The notes beneath the pieces were generated by a model. That model had not been told where the DNA came from. It ran no database searches and saw nothing but the letters and a program-made list of their open reading frames with translations. Position numbers and translations under genes: made by a program. Positions 29,625 to 41,432 of a DNA stretch of 64,000 nt are shown one piece after another; the stretch's first letter is position 1, and each line of letters starts with the position of its first letter. This DNA comes from Pirellulales bacterium (GTDB taxonomy: Bacteria; Planctomycetota; Planctomycetia; Pirellulales; JBBDJB01), in NCBI GenBank assembly GCA_040880125.1, contig JBBDJB010000032.1:11090-75089 (forward strand). Direction: 5' to 3'.

Positions 29625-32501
29625 ATGCAATGCACCAGATACGCGTGGGCGGCGATCGTCATCGGCCTTGGCGCTGCGCTTGCGATGGCAGTCACGCCCG
29701 CCACTGCGCAGCAGTCGGCCGACGCGCAGGTCTACGACGTGATTATCCGAGGCGGGACCATCTACGACGGCACCGGCGCGCCGGGTTTTCGAGGTGATGT
29801 CGCGATCCAGGGAGAACGCATCGCCGCCATCGGCGATCTGGGGGATGCGCACGCGGAAACCGTGATCGACGCGGAAGGCATGGCTGTCTCGCCCGGCTTT
29901 ATCAATATGCTCAGTTGGGCCACTGAATCACTACTGGTCGATCCGCGGGCGATGAGCGACATCCGTCAGGGAGTAACGCTGGAGGTCTTCGGAGAAGGCT
30001 GGTCGATGGGGCCGCTGAGCGACGAGATGCGGCGCGACCTCGTCGCGAGGCAGGGTGATCTGCGGTACGAGGTACCCTGGACGACGCTTGCCGACTATCT
30101 CCGGTATCTGGAGCAGCGCGGCGTGGCTGTGAATGTCGCTTCGTTCGTCGGCGCGACGACGGTGCGGATTCACGTGCTTGGATACGAAGATCGGGCGCCG
30201 ACCGACGAAGAACTTCAGCAGATGCAGCGGCTGGTGCGGGACGAGATGCACACAGGTGCGCTCGGTGTCGGCACCTCACTTATCTATGCGCCCGCCTTCT
30301 ATGCGGAGACGCCGGAGCTGATCGCGCTGTGCAAGGTCGCCGCCGAGAATGGGGGAATGTACATCTCCCACATTCGCAGCGAAGGCAACCGGCTGCTGGA
30401 GTCGATCGACGAGCTGATCGAGATCGCGCGCGAGGCGAAAATCCCCGCGGAGATTTACCATCTTAAGGCCGCCGGCGAAGCGAACTGGCACAAGCTCGAT
30501 CAGGTGATTGCCAAGGTCGAGGCCGCCCGTGCGGATGGGCAGTACATCACCGCCGACATGTACACCTACCCGGCCGCCGCAACCGGGTTGAACGCCACCA
30601 TGCCGCCCTGGGTGCAAGAGGGCGGCTTTGAGCAATGGCGCAACCGCTTGAAGGATCCGGTCGTGCGCCAGCGCGTTGCCAATGAGATGCGCACGCCGAC
30701 CGACGATTGGGAAAATCTGCTGATGATGGCCGGATCACCCGAGAAGGTGCTGCTGGTCGGCTTTAAGAGCGAAATGCTCAAGCCGCTGACCGGCAAGTCG
30801 CTGGCCGAAGTCGCACGCTTGCGAAACCAGACGCCGGAGGAGACCGCCATGGACCTGGTGGTCGAGGACGGCAGCCGCGTGGAGTGCGTCTACTTTCTGA
30901 TGAATGAGGAAAACGTCAAGAAGAAGGTCGCGCTGCCGTGGGTCAGTTTCGGCTCGGATGCATCGACCCCGTCGGCCGAGGGAGTGTTTCTCAACTTCAA
31001 CCCGCATCCGCGCGCGTACGGGACGTTTGCCCGGCTGCTGGGCAAGTACGTTCGCGAAGAGCAGGTGATCCCACTGGAGACCGCCATTCACCGGATGACG
31101 GGGTTTCCGGCCTCGAACCTCGGCTTGCGGCGGCGGGGACGCATCCAGAAGGACTATTACGCCGACCTGGTCGTGTTCGACCCAGCCAAGGTGATCGATC
31201 ACGCCACGTACGAAAAGCCGCACCAGTACGCAACCGGCGTGCGCGACGTGCTGGTCAACGGCGGCCTTGTGCTGGCCGGGGGCGAGTACACCGGCGCCAA
31301 GCCGGGACGGGCGGTCTGGGGCATCGGCCGCTGGCGGAATCCGGCCCATCGCAAGCCGGTCGAGGTATCCGAAAAGGCGGCCGCCATTCATCGCGCCGGC
31401 TTCGTCTTCGACGGGCACAACGATCTGCCGTGGCAGGTCCGTAACAAGGCCTCGCGGAACTTCAATCGTCTCGATATAGCCCAGCCGCAGGAGGCGCTGC
31501 ACACCGACATTCCGCGGCTGCGGGCCGGCAACGTCGGCGCTCAGTTCTGGTCGGTCTATGTCCCGGCGGAAACGGCCCAGCAAGGCACGGCCTTGCGCGA
31601 AACGCTCGAGCAGATCGAGCTGGTGCACGCGATGGTCGAGCGCTATCCGGAGACGTTTGCCCTGGCGCGGACCGCAGGCGACGTCGAGCGGATCCGCCAA
31701 GACGGCAAGATCGCTTCGCTGATCGGCGTGGAAGGTGGCCATTCGATCGAGGATTCGCTCGCCGTGCTCCGGCAACTGTACGAGCTCGGCGCGCGCTATA
31801 TGACGCTGACCCACTCCGACACGCTCAGTTGGGCCGACTCGGCAACCGACGAGGCTCGCCACGGCGGCCTCTCCGTCTTCGGGGAAGAGGCCGTCCGCGA
31901 GATGAACCGCCTGGGTATGCTCGTCGACCTGTCGCACGTCTCGGTGGAGACGATGCGCGACGCCCTGCGGGTGAGCGAGGCGCCGGTCATCTTTTCACAT
32001 TCCTCGGCCCGGGCGATTGCCGATCACCCGCGCAATGTTCCGGACGACGTCCTGCGGGAAACGGCGCGAAACGGCGGCCTGGTGATGGTCAACTTTTACT
32101 CGGGCTTTGTCGTCCCTGGGTCGGCCGAGCGGCGAGCGAATCTGTTCGACGTGCGCCGGGAGCTGCGGCAGCAATTCCCGGACGATGCCGACTTCGAGCG
32201 TGAGCTGGCACGCTGGCGAGTGGAGAATCCGATCGAGCCGGGGAGCATTCACGACGTCGTGGACCACATCGATCACATCGCCCGGGTGGCCGGAGTGGAC
32301 CACGTCGGCATCGGCTCGGACTACGACGGAGTCGACCTGCTGCCGGCACAGCTAGAAGACGTCTCCACTTACCCCCGCATTACGCAGGAGCTGCTCACCC
32401 GCGGCTACACCGCCGAAGAGATTCACAAGATCATGGGCGGCAATATGATGCGGGTGTTGCGGGCAGCGGAACAGGTGGCCAAGCGCTTCCAAATGCAGTG
32501 A
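29625..32501 (+). CDS. secreted fusion protein: N-acyl-D-amino-acid deacylase (D-aminoacylase, amidohydrolase fold) + membrane/renal-type dipeptidase (peptidase M19)
   Basis: The start is moved to ATG 29625 (AAGGAG 8 nt upstream), giving [30 protein letters not shown]. The N-terminal half has [15 protein letters not shown]...[18 protein letters not shown]. The C-terminal half has [46 protein letters not shown] and GIGSDYDG. Confidence 0.9.
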   Translation: MQCTRYAWAAIVIGLGAALAMAVTPATAQQSADAQVYDVIIRGGTIYDGTGAPGFRGDVAIQGERIAAIGDLGDAHAETVIDAEGMAVSPGFINMLSWATESLLVDPRAMSDIRQGVTLEVFGEGWSMGPLSDEMRRDLVARQGDLRYEVPWTTLADYLRYLEQRGVAVNVASFVGATTVRIHVLGYEDRAPTDEELQQMQRLVRDEMHTGALGVGTSLIYAPAFYAETPELIALCKVAAENGGMYISHIRSEGNRLLESIDELIEIAREAKIPAEIYHLKAAGEANWHKLDQVIAKVEAARADGQYITADMYTYPAAATGLNATMPPWVQEGGFEQWRNRLKDPVVRQRVANEMRTPTDDWENLLMMAGSPEKVLLVGFKSEMLKPLTGKSLAEVARLRNQTPEETAMDLVVEDGSRVECVYFLMNEENVKKKVALPWVSFGSDASTPSAEGVFLNFNPHPRAYGTFARLLGKYVREEQVIPLETAIHRMTGFPASNLGLRRRGRIQKDYYADLVVFDPAKVIDHATYEKPHQYATGVRDVLVNGGLVLAGGEYTGAKPGRAVWGIGRWRNPAHRKPVEVSEKAAAIHRAGFVFDGHNDLPWQVRNKASRNFNRLDIAQPQEALHTDIPRLRAGNVGAQFWSVYVPAETAQQGTALRETLEQIELVHAMVERYPETFALARTAGDVERIRQDGKIASLIGVEGGHSIEDSLAVLRQLYELGARYMTLTHSDTLSWADSATDEARHGGLSVFGEEAVREMNRLGMLVDLSHVSVETMRDALRVSEAPVIFSHSSARAIADHPRNVPDDVLRETARNGGLVMVNFYSGFVVPGSAERRANLFDVRRELRQQFPDDADFERELARWRVENPIEPGSIHDVVDHIDHIARVAGVDHVGIGSDYDGVDLLPAQLEDVSTYPRITQELLTRGYTAEEIHKIMGGNMMRVLRAAEQVAKRFQMQ

Positions 32502-32556
32502 GCGGCCGCTGCAGCGTTGGCTGCTCGGGCATGCGTCCGCCGTGCGACTGGCGACA

Positions 32557-33888
32557 CTATTCGATGCGGTCAAGCGCTTCACCGAGCAGGGACGCGAAAT
32601 TGTCGAGCCTGTGCATCGGCTCGGCGATGCCGGGGTGAACGAAGATCCGTACGCGCTTGACGTAGTCGTCAAATTGTTCGCGGGCCAGCGTGCGGACGAC
32701 CGGCGACACGTCTCCCAGTTTTCGGTAGCGGTCTTCCTTGGCGAAGTAGACGTCGATATCGAATTCGACTTCGCGCTGGACCGGTGGGGCGTCAAAAAGG
32801 ATTTGATGCCCGGCCACCTCCTGGCCGAGTTCCGCACTGGCCAGCTCGGCGACCTGCTGGGCACACTGGACCAGCCAGGGATAGGGGCGGCGGGCCAGAC
32901 GCTGATACAGCGAGCGATCTTCAAAGATGCTGTACTGCGTCAACCGTTTGTACAGCCGCCGCGTGGGGCCGAACAGGTCGTCGAGCAGTTCGCCGGCCGG
33001 ACCATCGCCCGCCGCCTGGCGCAAAGCGGCGATCATCTCCTGCTCGGTGAGGCGAAAAAGCGCGTCCAGGTCCAGCTCCGAGTGCAGGATGTAAAACGCC
33101 CGCTGCAGCATGGCTGTCGCCGAGCGCACTCCGTGGTGCCAATAGACTTCGCTGAACATCACGTAGCGGGCGAAGACCATCATCTCGGCGGCGGTTTTGC
33201 CTTTCTCCGTGATGGCCAGGGCCGTTCCGTCCTCGCTCAAGCACAAGCTGCGAATGAGCCGTGACTGATCGAAGTTGCGCCCGTACGGCACGCCCGCGTG
33301 CAGGCTGTCGCGCATGAGGTAGTCCATCTTGTCCACGTCGATGGGCCCGGACAGAATGCTGCGCAGCATCAGGGACTTGCTGTCGCCAGCCTCGCCGGAG
33401 AGCGTTTCCACGATTTCGCGGGGCTGGATTCCCCACTTGTCGCGCAACACGTCGACCAATTCGCCTTCCAGAAGAAAGCTGTTGGCGAACACCTCGTGCG
33501 AAGGGACGTCCGGGAGGTGAAGGTCCTCGATCGGGTGGCAGAACGGCCAATGCCCCAGGTCGTGCAGCAGCGAAGCGGCCAGCAGCAACTCCGCATCGTG
33601 GGGTCCAATCGCCGCGGCAAATCTCACGTCGCCCGCTAAAGAGCGAAGGTAGAGCAGCGTCAGGCGATACACGCCCAAGGCGTGCTCAAAACGGGAATGG
33701 TGGGCGGCCGGGTAGACCAGCCCCACCAGCCCGAGCTGGCTGATTCGGCTCAAGCGGCGGAACTCGGGCGCGTCGATGATCTGGCGTACCCGGTCCGTCA
33801 TCGGTACATCCAGCTCCGGCGGAATGCGGATCAGCCCCGTGTGGCCGTCCAGCCCTGCAACTTCTGGAATTTCGCGGATCGTGGACAT
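32557..33888 (-). CDS. HD-domain phosphohydrolase (dGTPase/SAMHD1-like family)
   Basis: HSRFEHALGV, LLHDLGHWPFCH and DVDKMDYLMRDSLHAGVPYG match the HD dNTP-triphosphohydrolase-like signature. Confidence 0.85.
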   Translation of the reverse strand: MSTIREIPEVAGLDGHTGLIRIPPELDVPMTDRVRQIIDAPEFRRLSRISQLGLVGLVYPAAHHSRFEHALGVYRLTLLYLRSLAGDVRFAAAIGPHDAELLLAASLLHDLGHWPFCHPIEDLHLPDVPSHEVFANSFLLEGELVDVLRDKWGIQPREIVETLSGEAGDSKSLMLRSILSGPIDVDKMDYLMRDSLHAGVPYGRNFDQSRLIRSLCLSEDGTALAITEKGKTAAEMMVFARYVMFSEVYWHHGVRSATAMLQRAFYILHSELDLDALFRLTEQEMIAALRQAAGDGPAGELLDDLFGPTRRLYKRLTQYSIFEDRSLYQRLARRPYPWLVQCAQQVAELASAELGQEVAGHQILFDAPPVQREVEFDIDVYFAKEDRYRKLGDVSPVVRTLAREQFDDYVKRVRIFVHPGIAEPMHRLDNFASLLGEALDRIE

Positions 33889-33915
33889 GGGCCGCGCGGA
33901 GGAGACCGCGATGGA

Positions 33916-34713
33916 TTAGGCGAGGCTTTTGGCTTTGTACACGCTTCGGTAATGCGGAATATCCCCGAACTCGCCGAGGACGAGGTGCTGCTGAACTGAC
34001 TGGTGAAACCTTTGCGCGACCGGCGGAGCCGGCGGCGCCTCATAGACCGGGTGCAGGCCCATCGTCATTCGCAACAGAACGGTCACCACCAGATAAAAGC
34101 AGTAGTGGAAAAAGCCATTGCCCATGTCCAGGTCGTAACAGAGATAGGCCGTCGATGCGCCGAGAAAGAGATAAATCGGCGCGACGATGACCATCGACCA
34201 CACCTCCGGCTGAGACTCGCCGAAGAGGAGCGGATAAATGGAGGCATGCGCGGCCCACAGTGCCGCATAGATCGCCGAACAGACGGCGGTGCGAATTGCC
34301 AACGACATGCCGCTGTAGGCTTCCAGTTCTTCGTCTCGCAGAAAAGTGTAACCTGCCCAGCAAAGCGGAGGCGCTAGCAGCACCGCACCCAGCGCGAGAA
34401 AGGGCGTCTTGTCCTCCGCGCCGCGTAACAGCCACGCTGCCAATACCACAACCAGTACGGCACCGCAGATCGCCACCACCAAAACCGGCTGAACGGTGGT
34501 CTTCTTGCGAGCGATCGGCTTGAGAACGTACTGTCCCGCGGCGTCCTTGGCACCGGCCTCCGAATGCTCGGGAGAGTGAACGACGACCTCGTCACTGGCT
34601 TTGGGTATCGCAATCGCGTGCTTACACTTGGGGCAAGTACCGCTCTTGCCAGCGAACTTTTCGTTGACGTTAAAGCGAGCGTAACAACCAGGGCAAGTGA
34701 CTCGGATGGGCAT
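33916..34713 (-). CDS. zinc-ribbon membrane protein (hypothetical)
   Basis: The start is moved to ATG 34713; the track start is TTG two codons upstream. The N-terminal CPGC...CPKC forms a zinc ribbon, followed by 5-6 hydrophobic helices by eye. It lies 27 nt upstream of the HD gene on the same strand. Confidence 0.7.
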   Translation of the reverse strand: MPIRVTCPGCYARFNVNEKFAGKSGTCPKCKHAIAIPKASDEVVVHSPEHSEAGAKDAAGQYVLKPIARKKTTVQPVLVVAICGAVLVVVLAAWLLRGAEDKTPFLALGAVLLAPPLCWAGYTFLRDEELEAYSGMSLAIRTAVCSAIYAALWAAHASIYPLLFGESQPEVWSMVIVAPIYLFLGASTAYLCYDLDMGNGFFHYCFYLVVTVLLRMTMGLHPVYEAPPAPPVAQRFHQSVQQHLVLGEFGDIPHYRSVYKAKSLA

Positions 34714-34976
34714 GCGCAACTTCTTCGGGGCGACGGAAACTCAGGACGAAAAAAGACCGGCAACAGCAGGCAGTCCGATCGCGATTCGCTCCGGCGAATG
34801 CCTGTGCCGTCCGCGATTGGCTACGCCTTAGTTTCGCCTGCGGCCGCCACCGACGTCAACCGCGGCAGAAAAGCGCGTCGTGAGCCCGAGATATTAATCG
34901 CTTGCGTGGGGAAGCCGCGCCCGTGCACGTGCCAAGCATGAGACCGAGGCGATTGCCGGTGGCGGTCTGCTTCGTT

Positions 34977-36161
34977 CTAGCGCGCCGCCGATCGGCGACG
35001 TCGAAGTGCGGCAACAAGTGCAATCACAAGTCCGCTGCCGGCCAGCAGTCCCGTAGAAGGTTCCGGGATGGGAACTCCCTGCAGATCGACGTGCCAGCCT
35101 TCGATTTGCCCGGCGGGATTCCGGCCGAAGCCGGCGATGTAGCGGCCGTCGGGCGAGATGCTCCGTGCATCCACCAGCGTCCAGCCGCCCAGGTCCACGC
35201 CAAGATCGGTGAGAACCTCGTTCAGATTTCGCATTCCATTATCCGCGTCCCAGATGAAGGCGTCGCGCTCGAAGGGGGAACCTTCGCTGCGTACGGCGCT
35301 GAACCCGACGATGAATTCTCCATTTTCCGAAGCATCAAAAGCACGGCTTTGAAAAGCTCCGCCAGGCAAGTCGTCCAGCCCGACCATCCCCTCGGCTTCG
35401 GTCCAGCGGAACGCTTCCGGACCGCTCGCGGAAAGGCCTTCGCCGACGACGACCGTACCGTCCGGCGAGATGCCCTGCGCAAAGCTGGAAAACCCGCCCC
35501 CGGAAAGATCGCCGAGACCTTCCAGTCCGTCGGCCATCGTCCAGCGGAATGCCTCCGATCCATTGCCCGACTCCGATTGGCCGGCGATAACCGCCCCGTC
35601 CGCCGAGATGCCGCGGGCGTCGCTATGAAAAGTTCCACCGGCGAGATCGCCCAAGCCCACCAAACCGTCCTCATCCGTCCAGCGAAAGGCTTCGATCCCG
35701 GCGGCGACATTCGAGCGGCCCGCAATCACCGAGCCATCGCCGGAAATGGCAAAGCCGCGGGCGTTGAAGCCGCCCCCGTCCAAGTCGCCCAAGCCGACCA
35801 TTCCCTCGGCCATCGTCCAGCGAAACAGTTCCGTCCCATCGCTGGAGCGAGCTTCGCCGGCAATAACACTGCCGTCGCTGGAGATGGCACCCAGGTTGCG
35901 GCTGAAGACGCTGCTGCCCGGCAGATCACCCAGGCTCACCATTCCGTCTGCCATGGTCCAGCGGATCGCTTCCGTCCCTTCGAAGGAACTACTCCACCCG
36001 GAGACGACCAATCCGTCATCCGAGACGGCCATGCCGCGGCTGTCGCCTCCACCGGGCAGATGGCCGAGTCCCGTGAAGATGGCGGCGGGCGCGGCGGGGA
36101 TGTTCCAAATGGCGATCAGCGCTAAGCACGTCGTGATGATTACTTTCTTCGTTCCGGGCAT
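34977..36161 (-). CDS. HAF-repeat extracellular protein with a PEP-CTERM sorting signal
   Basis: It has a signal peptide and 6-7 repeats of ~45 aa (G.S.DGSVIAG......EAFRWT...GMVGLGDL.GG). The C-terminus is VPIPEPSTGLLAGSGLVIALVAALRRRR, that is PEP + TM helix + Arg cluster. Confidence 0.85.
   Translation of the reverse strand: MPGTKKVIITTCLALIAIWNIPAAPAAIFTGLGHLPGGGDSRGMAVSDDGLVVSGWSSSFEGTEAIRWTMADGMVSLGDLPGSSVFSRNLGAISSDGSVIAGEARSSDGTELFRWTMAEGMVGLGDLDGGGFNARGFAISGDGSVIAGRSNVAAGIEAFRWTDEDGLVGLGDLAGGTFHSDARGISADGAVIAGQSESGNGSEAFRWTMADGLEGLGDLSGGGFSSFAQGISPDGTVVVGEGLSASGPEAFRWTEAEGMVGLDDLPGGAFQSRAFDASENGEFIVGFSAVRSEGSPFERDAFIWDADNGMRNLNEVLTDLGVDLGGWTLVDARSISPDGRYIAGFGRNPAGQIEGWHVDLQGVPIPEPSTGLLAGSGLVIALVAALRRRRSAAR
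35260..36045. repeat. intragenic tandem ~135-bp repeats encoding the HAF repeats (approximate limits)
   Basis: The protein-level periodicity was seen by eye (the EAFRWT/ELFRWT/EAIRWT motif recurs 5x, plus degenerate copies). Nucleotide limits are back-calculated from residue numbers. Confidence 0.55.
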
Positions 36162-36791
36162 CGTACGCTGCCTTGTTCGAGTCGCAGTGGCGAAGAGTGC
36201 GAGTTTCCGGTGGACGTCCGGACGCGCCGGTACAGAATACCGACGGACCAGTCACTCTCCGGAGGGATCGCCTGAGGAAGTCTGTTCCGCTGCCGGTGCT
36301 GCTCGTTCGACCTGACGGAAAGCGGAGAAACGCGGCTAGCCCCACCGCACGAAGCGGGGAAGACAAGCAACTGGGCAGTAGTTCCAGCTTATTTGCCGGT
36401 GCGGAGCCGGTCAACCAATCCGCCGGGTGGCGATCCTCGCAAGCGCCAGTGCAGCGATTTTCAAGGCTCGTCGCCGTCCAACGGGGTCCGCACCCCCAAG
36501 CTCAGCGTATGGGCGAAAAGCTCATCCGCCGAGTACCGCGGCAACTCGACCTACCATTCGAGCTCGTCTGCGATACCGCGATCACCACCACAAGCGACAC
36601 CGAGAGAAGCTTGTCGATTCTGTGCAAGCTCCGGAAAAATCGTGGTGCGTGTGCGGCAGTCGAGTCGTGCCATGTTGCAAGGAAGCTTGTTGTATCCGGG
36701 CGGCGATAGTTGCCGCCGATCGATCGGCCAAGCTGATTTGACCTCGCTCGGACTAGTCGTGATACTGGCCGTGTCGAGGCCTCCCTACAGG

Positions 36792-36813
36792 TTGCATGCC
36801 CTGCGGCATGCAA
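36792..36813. promoter_or_regulatory. perfect 9-bp inverted repeat TTGCATGCC-N4-GGCATGCAA, 54 nt upstream of the sulfatase ATG (candidate operator or 5' UTR hairpin)
   Basis: Read directly. It lies in a 705-nt non-coding gap between divergent genes. Confidence 0.3.
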
Positions 36814-36866
36814 TGGCCAGTGCGTTGAAATTGAATTTCTACTGTGAGTACGATGAGCATCAGAAC

Positions 36867-38576
36867 ATGATATCGCAACACGTGATTCAATCGTTCCTAC
36901 GCGCAATCCTGATCGCGATCTGTGCCATCACCATCGCCAACACAGCCGCCGCCCAGTCTCGGCCGAACGTCGTGCTGATTATGACCGACGACCAGGGTTG
37001 GGGAGATCTGGGTATGAATGGAAATGACAAGATCCGTACGCCTCGGCTGGACGGCCTGGCCCGGCAGAGCGTTGTGTTCGACCGCTTCTACGTCTCTCCG
37101 GTGTGTGCCCCAACGCGGGCGTGCCTGATGACCGGGCGGTACAACTACCGTACGGGCGTGGTCGACACCTACATCGGTCGGGCGATGATGCACTCCGACG
37201 AAGTAACGATCGCAGAGATGCTCTCGGCCGCCGGCTACCGAACCGGCATCTTCGGTAAGTGGCACCTGGGCGACAACTACCCGCTCCGGCCCAACGACCA
37301 GGGCTTTGAGGACTCGCTCGTCCACAAGGGAGGCGGCATCGGGCAGCCTTCTGACCCGCCCGGCGGAGATCACTACTTCAATCCGACGCTGTATCGCAAC
37401 GGAGCGGCCGAGAAGACCGAAGGGTATTGCAGTGACATCTACACAACCGCGGCGATCCGGTTCATCGAGCAATCGGAGGATCGGCCATTTTTCGTCTACC
37501 TGCCATTCAACTGTCCGCACTCGCCGTTCGAGATCGCCGACCGATATGTGCAGCCCTACCTGGAAACGGGGCTCGACGAGCAGACGGCCAAGATCTACGG
37601 CATGGTCGAAAACATCGACGAAAACGTGGGGCGGTTGCTCGATGCTTTGGAAGCGAAAGATATAGCCGAAAACACGATCGTCGTCTTCTTGACCGACAAT
37701 GGCCCGAACGGGCAGCGCTACAACGGCAACATGAGAGGCGTCAAAGGAAGCGTCTACGAGGGCGGCATTCGCACCGCCTGCTTCGTTCGCTGGCCGACGG
37801 AACTCGACGCGGGGCATCGGGTCGACCAGATCGCCGCCCATATCGATTGGACGCCTACGCTCCTGGCGGCGTGCGGGGCGGAGCCGCCGGCGAATGTCCG
37901 GTTCGACGGCCGAAACCTGCTGCCGTTGCTCCGTGGAGATCGTGTCGATTGGCCCGAGCGAACGCTTTACCTGCAGTGGCATCGAGGCGATCAGCCGCAG
38001 CCGCTGCGGGCATTTGCGGCCGTAGGACAGCAGTATAAGTTAGTTCAGCCACGGGGTGTGCAGCCGGACGCGAACCCCGGCGACCAAGACTTACAGCTTT
38101 ACGATCTTCAAGCCGATGCGAGCGAAAGCCGCGACCTGAGCAAAGAAATGCCGGACCGTGTTGCCTCGATGAAGGAGGATCACCTGGCGTGGTTTCGCGA
38201 CGTGAGCGCCACGCGAGGCTACGATCCGCCGCGGATTCAATTGGGCACGCCGCACGAAGACCCGGTGGTGCTGACGCGGCAGGACTGGCGCGGGCCGCGT
38301 GCCGGGTGGGGAGACAACTCGCTGGGGCACTGGGAAGTTAAAAACGACGAGCCAGGCACATATCACATCACTGTGCGATTCGCGCCGGACGAGTCCATGC
38401 GGACGGCTTACTTCCGCTTGGGCGATGTCGAAGCAAAAGGCCACGTCAATGATGGTGAGCGGACTCATGCGTTCCACGTTTCGCTTCCTAGTGGAAGCCA
38501 ACGACTGGAGGCCTGGCTCGACAATGGCGACACAACGACGGGGGTGCAATACGTCGAGGTCGCGCGCGAGCAATAG
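36867..38576 (+). CDS. Cys-type sulfatase (arylsulfatase family)
   Basis: The start is moved to ATG 36867, giving MISQHVIQSFLRAILIAICAITIANTAAAQ (signal peptide). Motifs are PNVVLIMTDDQGWGDLG and the C-x-P-x-R signature SPVCAPTRACLMTGR. Confidence 0.92.
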   Translation: MISQHVIQSFLRAILIAICAITIANTAAAQSRPNVVLIMTDDQGWGDLGMNGNDKIRTPRLDGLARQSVVFDRFYVSPVCAPTRACLMTGRYNYRTGVVDTYIGRAMMHSDEVTIAEMLSAAGYRTGIFGKWHLGDNYPLRPNDQGFEDSLVHKGGGIGQPSDPPGGDHYFNPTLYRNGAAEKTEGYCSDIYTTAAIRFIEQSEDRPFFVYLPFNCPHSPFEIADRYVQPYLETGLDEQTAKIYGMVENIDENVGRLLDALEAKDIAENTIVVFLTDNGPNGQRYNGNMRGVKGSVYEGGIRTACFVRWPTELDAGHRVDQIAAHIDWTPTLLAACGAEPPANVRFDGRNLLPLLRGDRVDWPERTLYLQWHRGDQPQPLRAFAAVGQQYKLVQPRGVQPDANPGDQDLQLYDLQADASESRDLSKEMPDRVASMKEDHLAWFRDVSATRGYDPPRIQLGTPHEDPVVLTRQDWRGPRAGWGDNSLGHWEVKNDEPGTYHITVRFAPDESMRTAYFRLGDVEAKGHVNDGERTHAFHVSLPSGSQRLEAWLDNGDTTTGVQYVEVAREQ

Positions 38577-38614
38577 CCGGCGCTACGCCCCATCCGCGGA
38601 TTCGTCAAGCGTGT

Positions 38615-39594
38615 TTACGTGCCGGCCGCATCCGTGACGAGGTACTGCACGCTGAACATCTCGTTCGGATCCGTCCACACGGTGTGCACGCGAAAGCCGG
38701 CAGTTCGCGCCAACTCGCGGAAGCCCTCCAGATCGTATTTGTGGCTGCTTTCGGTGTGGATCGTCTCGCCAAGCGAGAAGGAGAACTCCGCATCGTCCAG
38801 CGTCACGACCTGATCTTCCAGGCTTATCAGGTGCATCTCCACTCGGCCGCGATCCGCATTGTATACAGCATGGTGTCGGAACCGCTCCGGGCGGAAATCG
38901 GTGTCCAATTCGCGATTGAGCCGGACCAAAAGATTCCTGTTGAACGATGCCGTGACGCCGCGATCATCGTCGTACGCACGTTCGAGCACGGCGGGACCTT
39001 TCTTCAAATCGGCGCCGATAACTAGACCACCTCCCGGCCCGCACTGCTCGGCCATCCGTCGCAACAGCCGCCCGGCGGCGTCGGGCCCGAAGTTGCCAAT
39101 TGTGGAGCCGGGAAAGTATACGACGCGGCGCGCGACGGTCCGGCGAGCGTCCGGCAGTTCGAACGGCCGTGAAAAGTCGGCACATACCGGCATCACGTCC
39201 AGATCCGGATACAGCGCGAGCAACTGCCCGGCAGTATGCTGCAAATGCTCGCCCGAAATATCGACCGGCACATATGCGGCCGGGCGCTTGATCGCGTCGA
39301 GCAGCAGCCGCGTCTTGATGCTGCTGCCGCTGCCGTATTCAATCAGCATGCAGTCCGACCCCAGCAGATCGACGATCTCGCCGACACGCTGCTGCATGAT
39401 CGAGAGTTCCGTCCGGGTCGGGTAGTACTCCTCCAGTTCGCAGATGCGATCAAACAGTTGCGAACCCCGCTGATCATACAGATACTTGCAGGGGATGCTC
39501 TTCTGCGGCTCGGAGAGACCACGCAGCACGTCCTGCCGCATCTGGCTGCGGCTTGGCTTTCGGTCCAGCATTCCGGTTCGCTTTTGCGATGGGT

Positions 39595-39598
<4 letters not shown>
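38615..39598 (-). CDS. egtD: L-histidine N-alpha-methyltransferase (ergothioneine biosynthesis)
   Basis: 327 aa from ATG 39598. Motifs: KSIPCKYLYDQRGSQLFDRICELEEYYPTRTE, IEYGSGSSIKTRLLL, YVPVDIS, YFPGSTIGNF. The start overlaps the egtB stop as ATGA. Confidence 0.9.
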
Positions 39599-40896
<1,298 letters not shown>

Positions 40897-41432
40897 GGTG
40901 CGTCTCCTTAGATGCCACGCGAAGGTGGCGAATGTGGGGGAGATATATTGAATTTGCCCAGTTCGATCGTAAACAATTCGATCAAAATACAACGACGTTT
41001 CTTGTTACCGCGACCCTTGCCGCAGCGCCTGACTGTGGGAAATAGCTGAAAGAGGGCAGCAAGCAGACGCGTTCGTATCGGCAGCAGCTTACGTGCCAAT
41101 CGAAATGGCATACGGCCCAGAGCGTTTCAAGCGGAAAGCGAACGCCGAAAATCCAAATCCGGGCTCACCCTAACACACGTCCGCGACGATTACCACCGGC
41201 GAGCGGGGCAAGTTTTCGTAGCGAATCCGGAGCCGCCGGCGACAAGCTGCCGCGTCAACTTGTCCAGGCGCCTGGGTGTTTCACGCGAGCTCTTCGGCCG
41301 ACACCGGATTGGCCGAAGGCGACCGAGGTAACTAGGATGGGGCGGGACTGTTCACGGTCGGATCAGACCTATCCGATTCAGGGAGAAGGACGAGGCGATC
41401 GCCGAACCAACGGCTATCCACTCAAGTGACCG

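Noticed and set aside
34902-36125. 407-aa plus-strand ORF overlapping the HAF/PEP-CTERM gene.
   Set aside because: It is the antisense shadow of a repeat-rich gene. The minus-strand frame carries a signal peptide, HAF repeats and a PEP-CTERM tail.
36393-36866. 158-codon upstream extension of the sulfatase ORF.
   Set aside because: There is no family similarity before MISQHV..., which provides a proper signal peptide directly ahead of the PNVVLIMTDDQGWGD motif.
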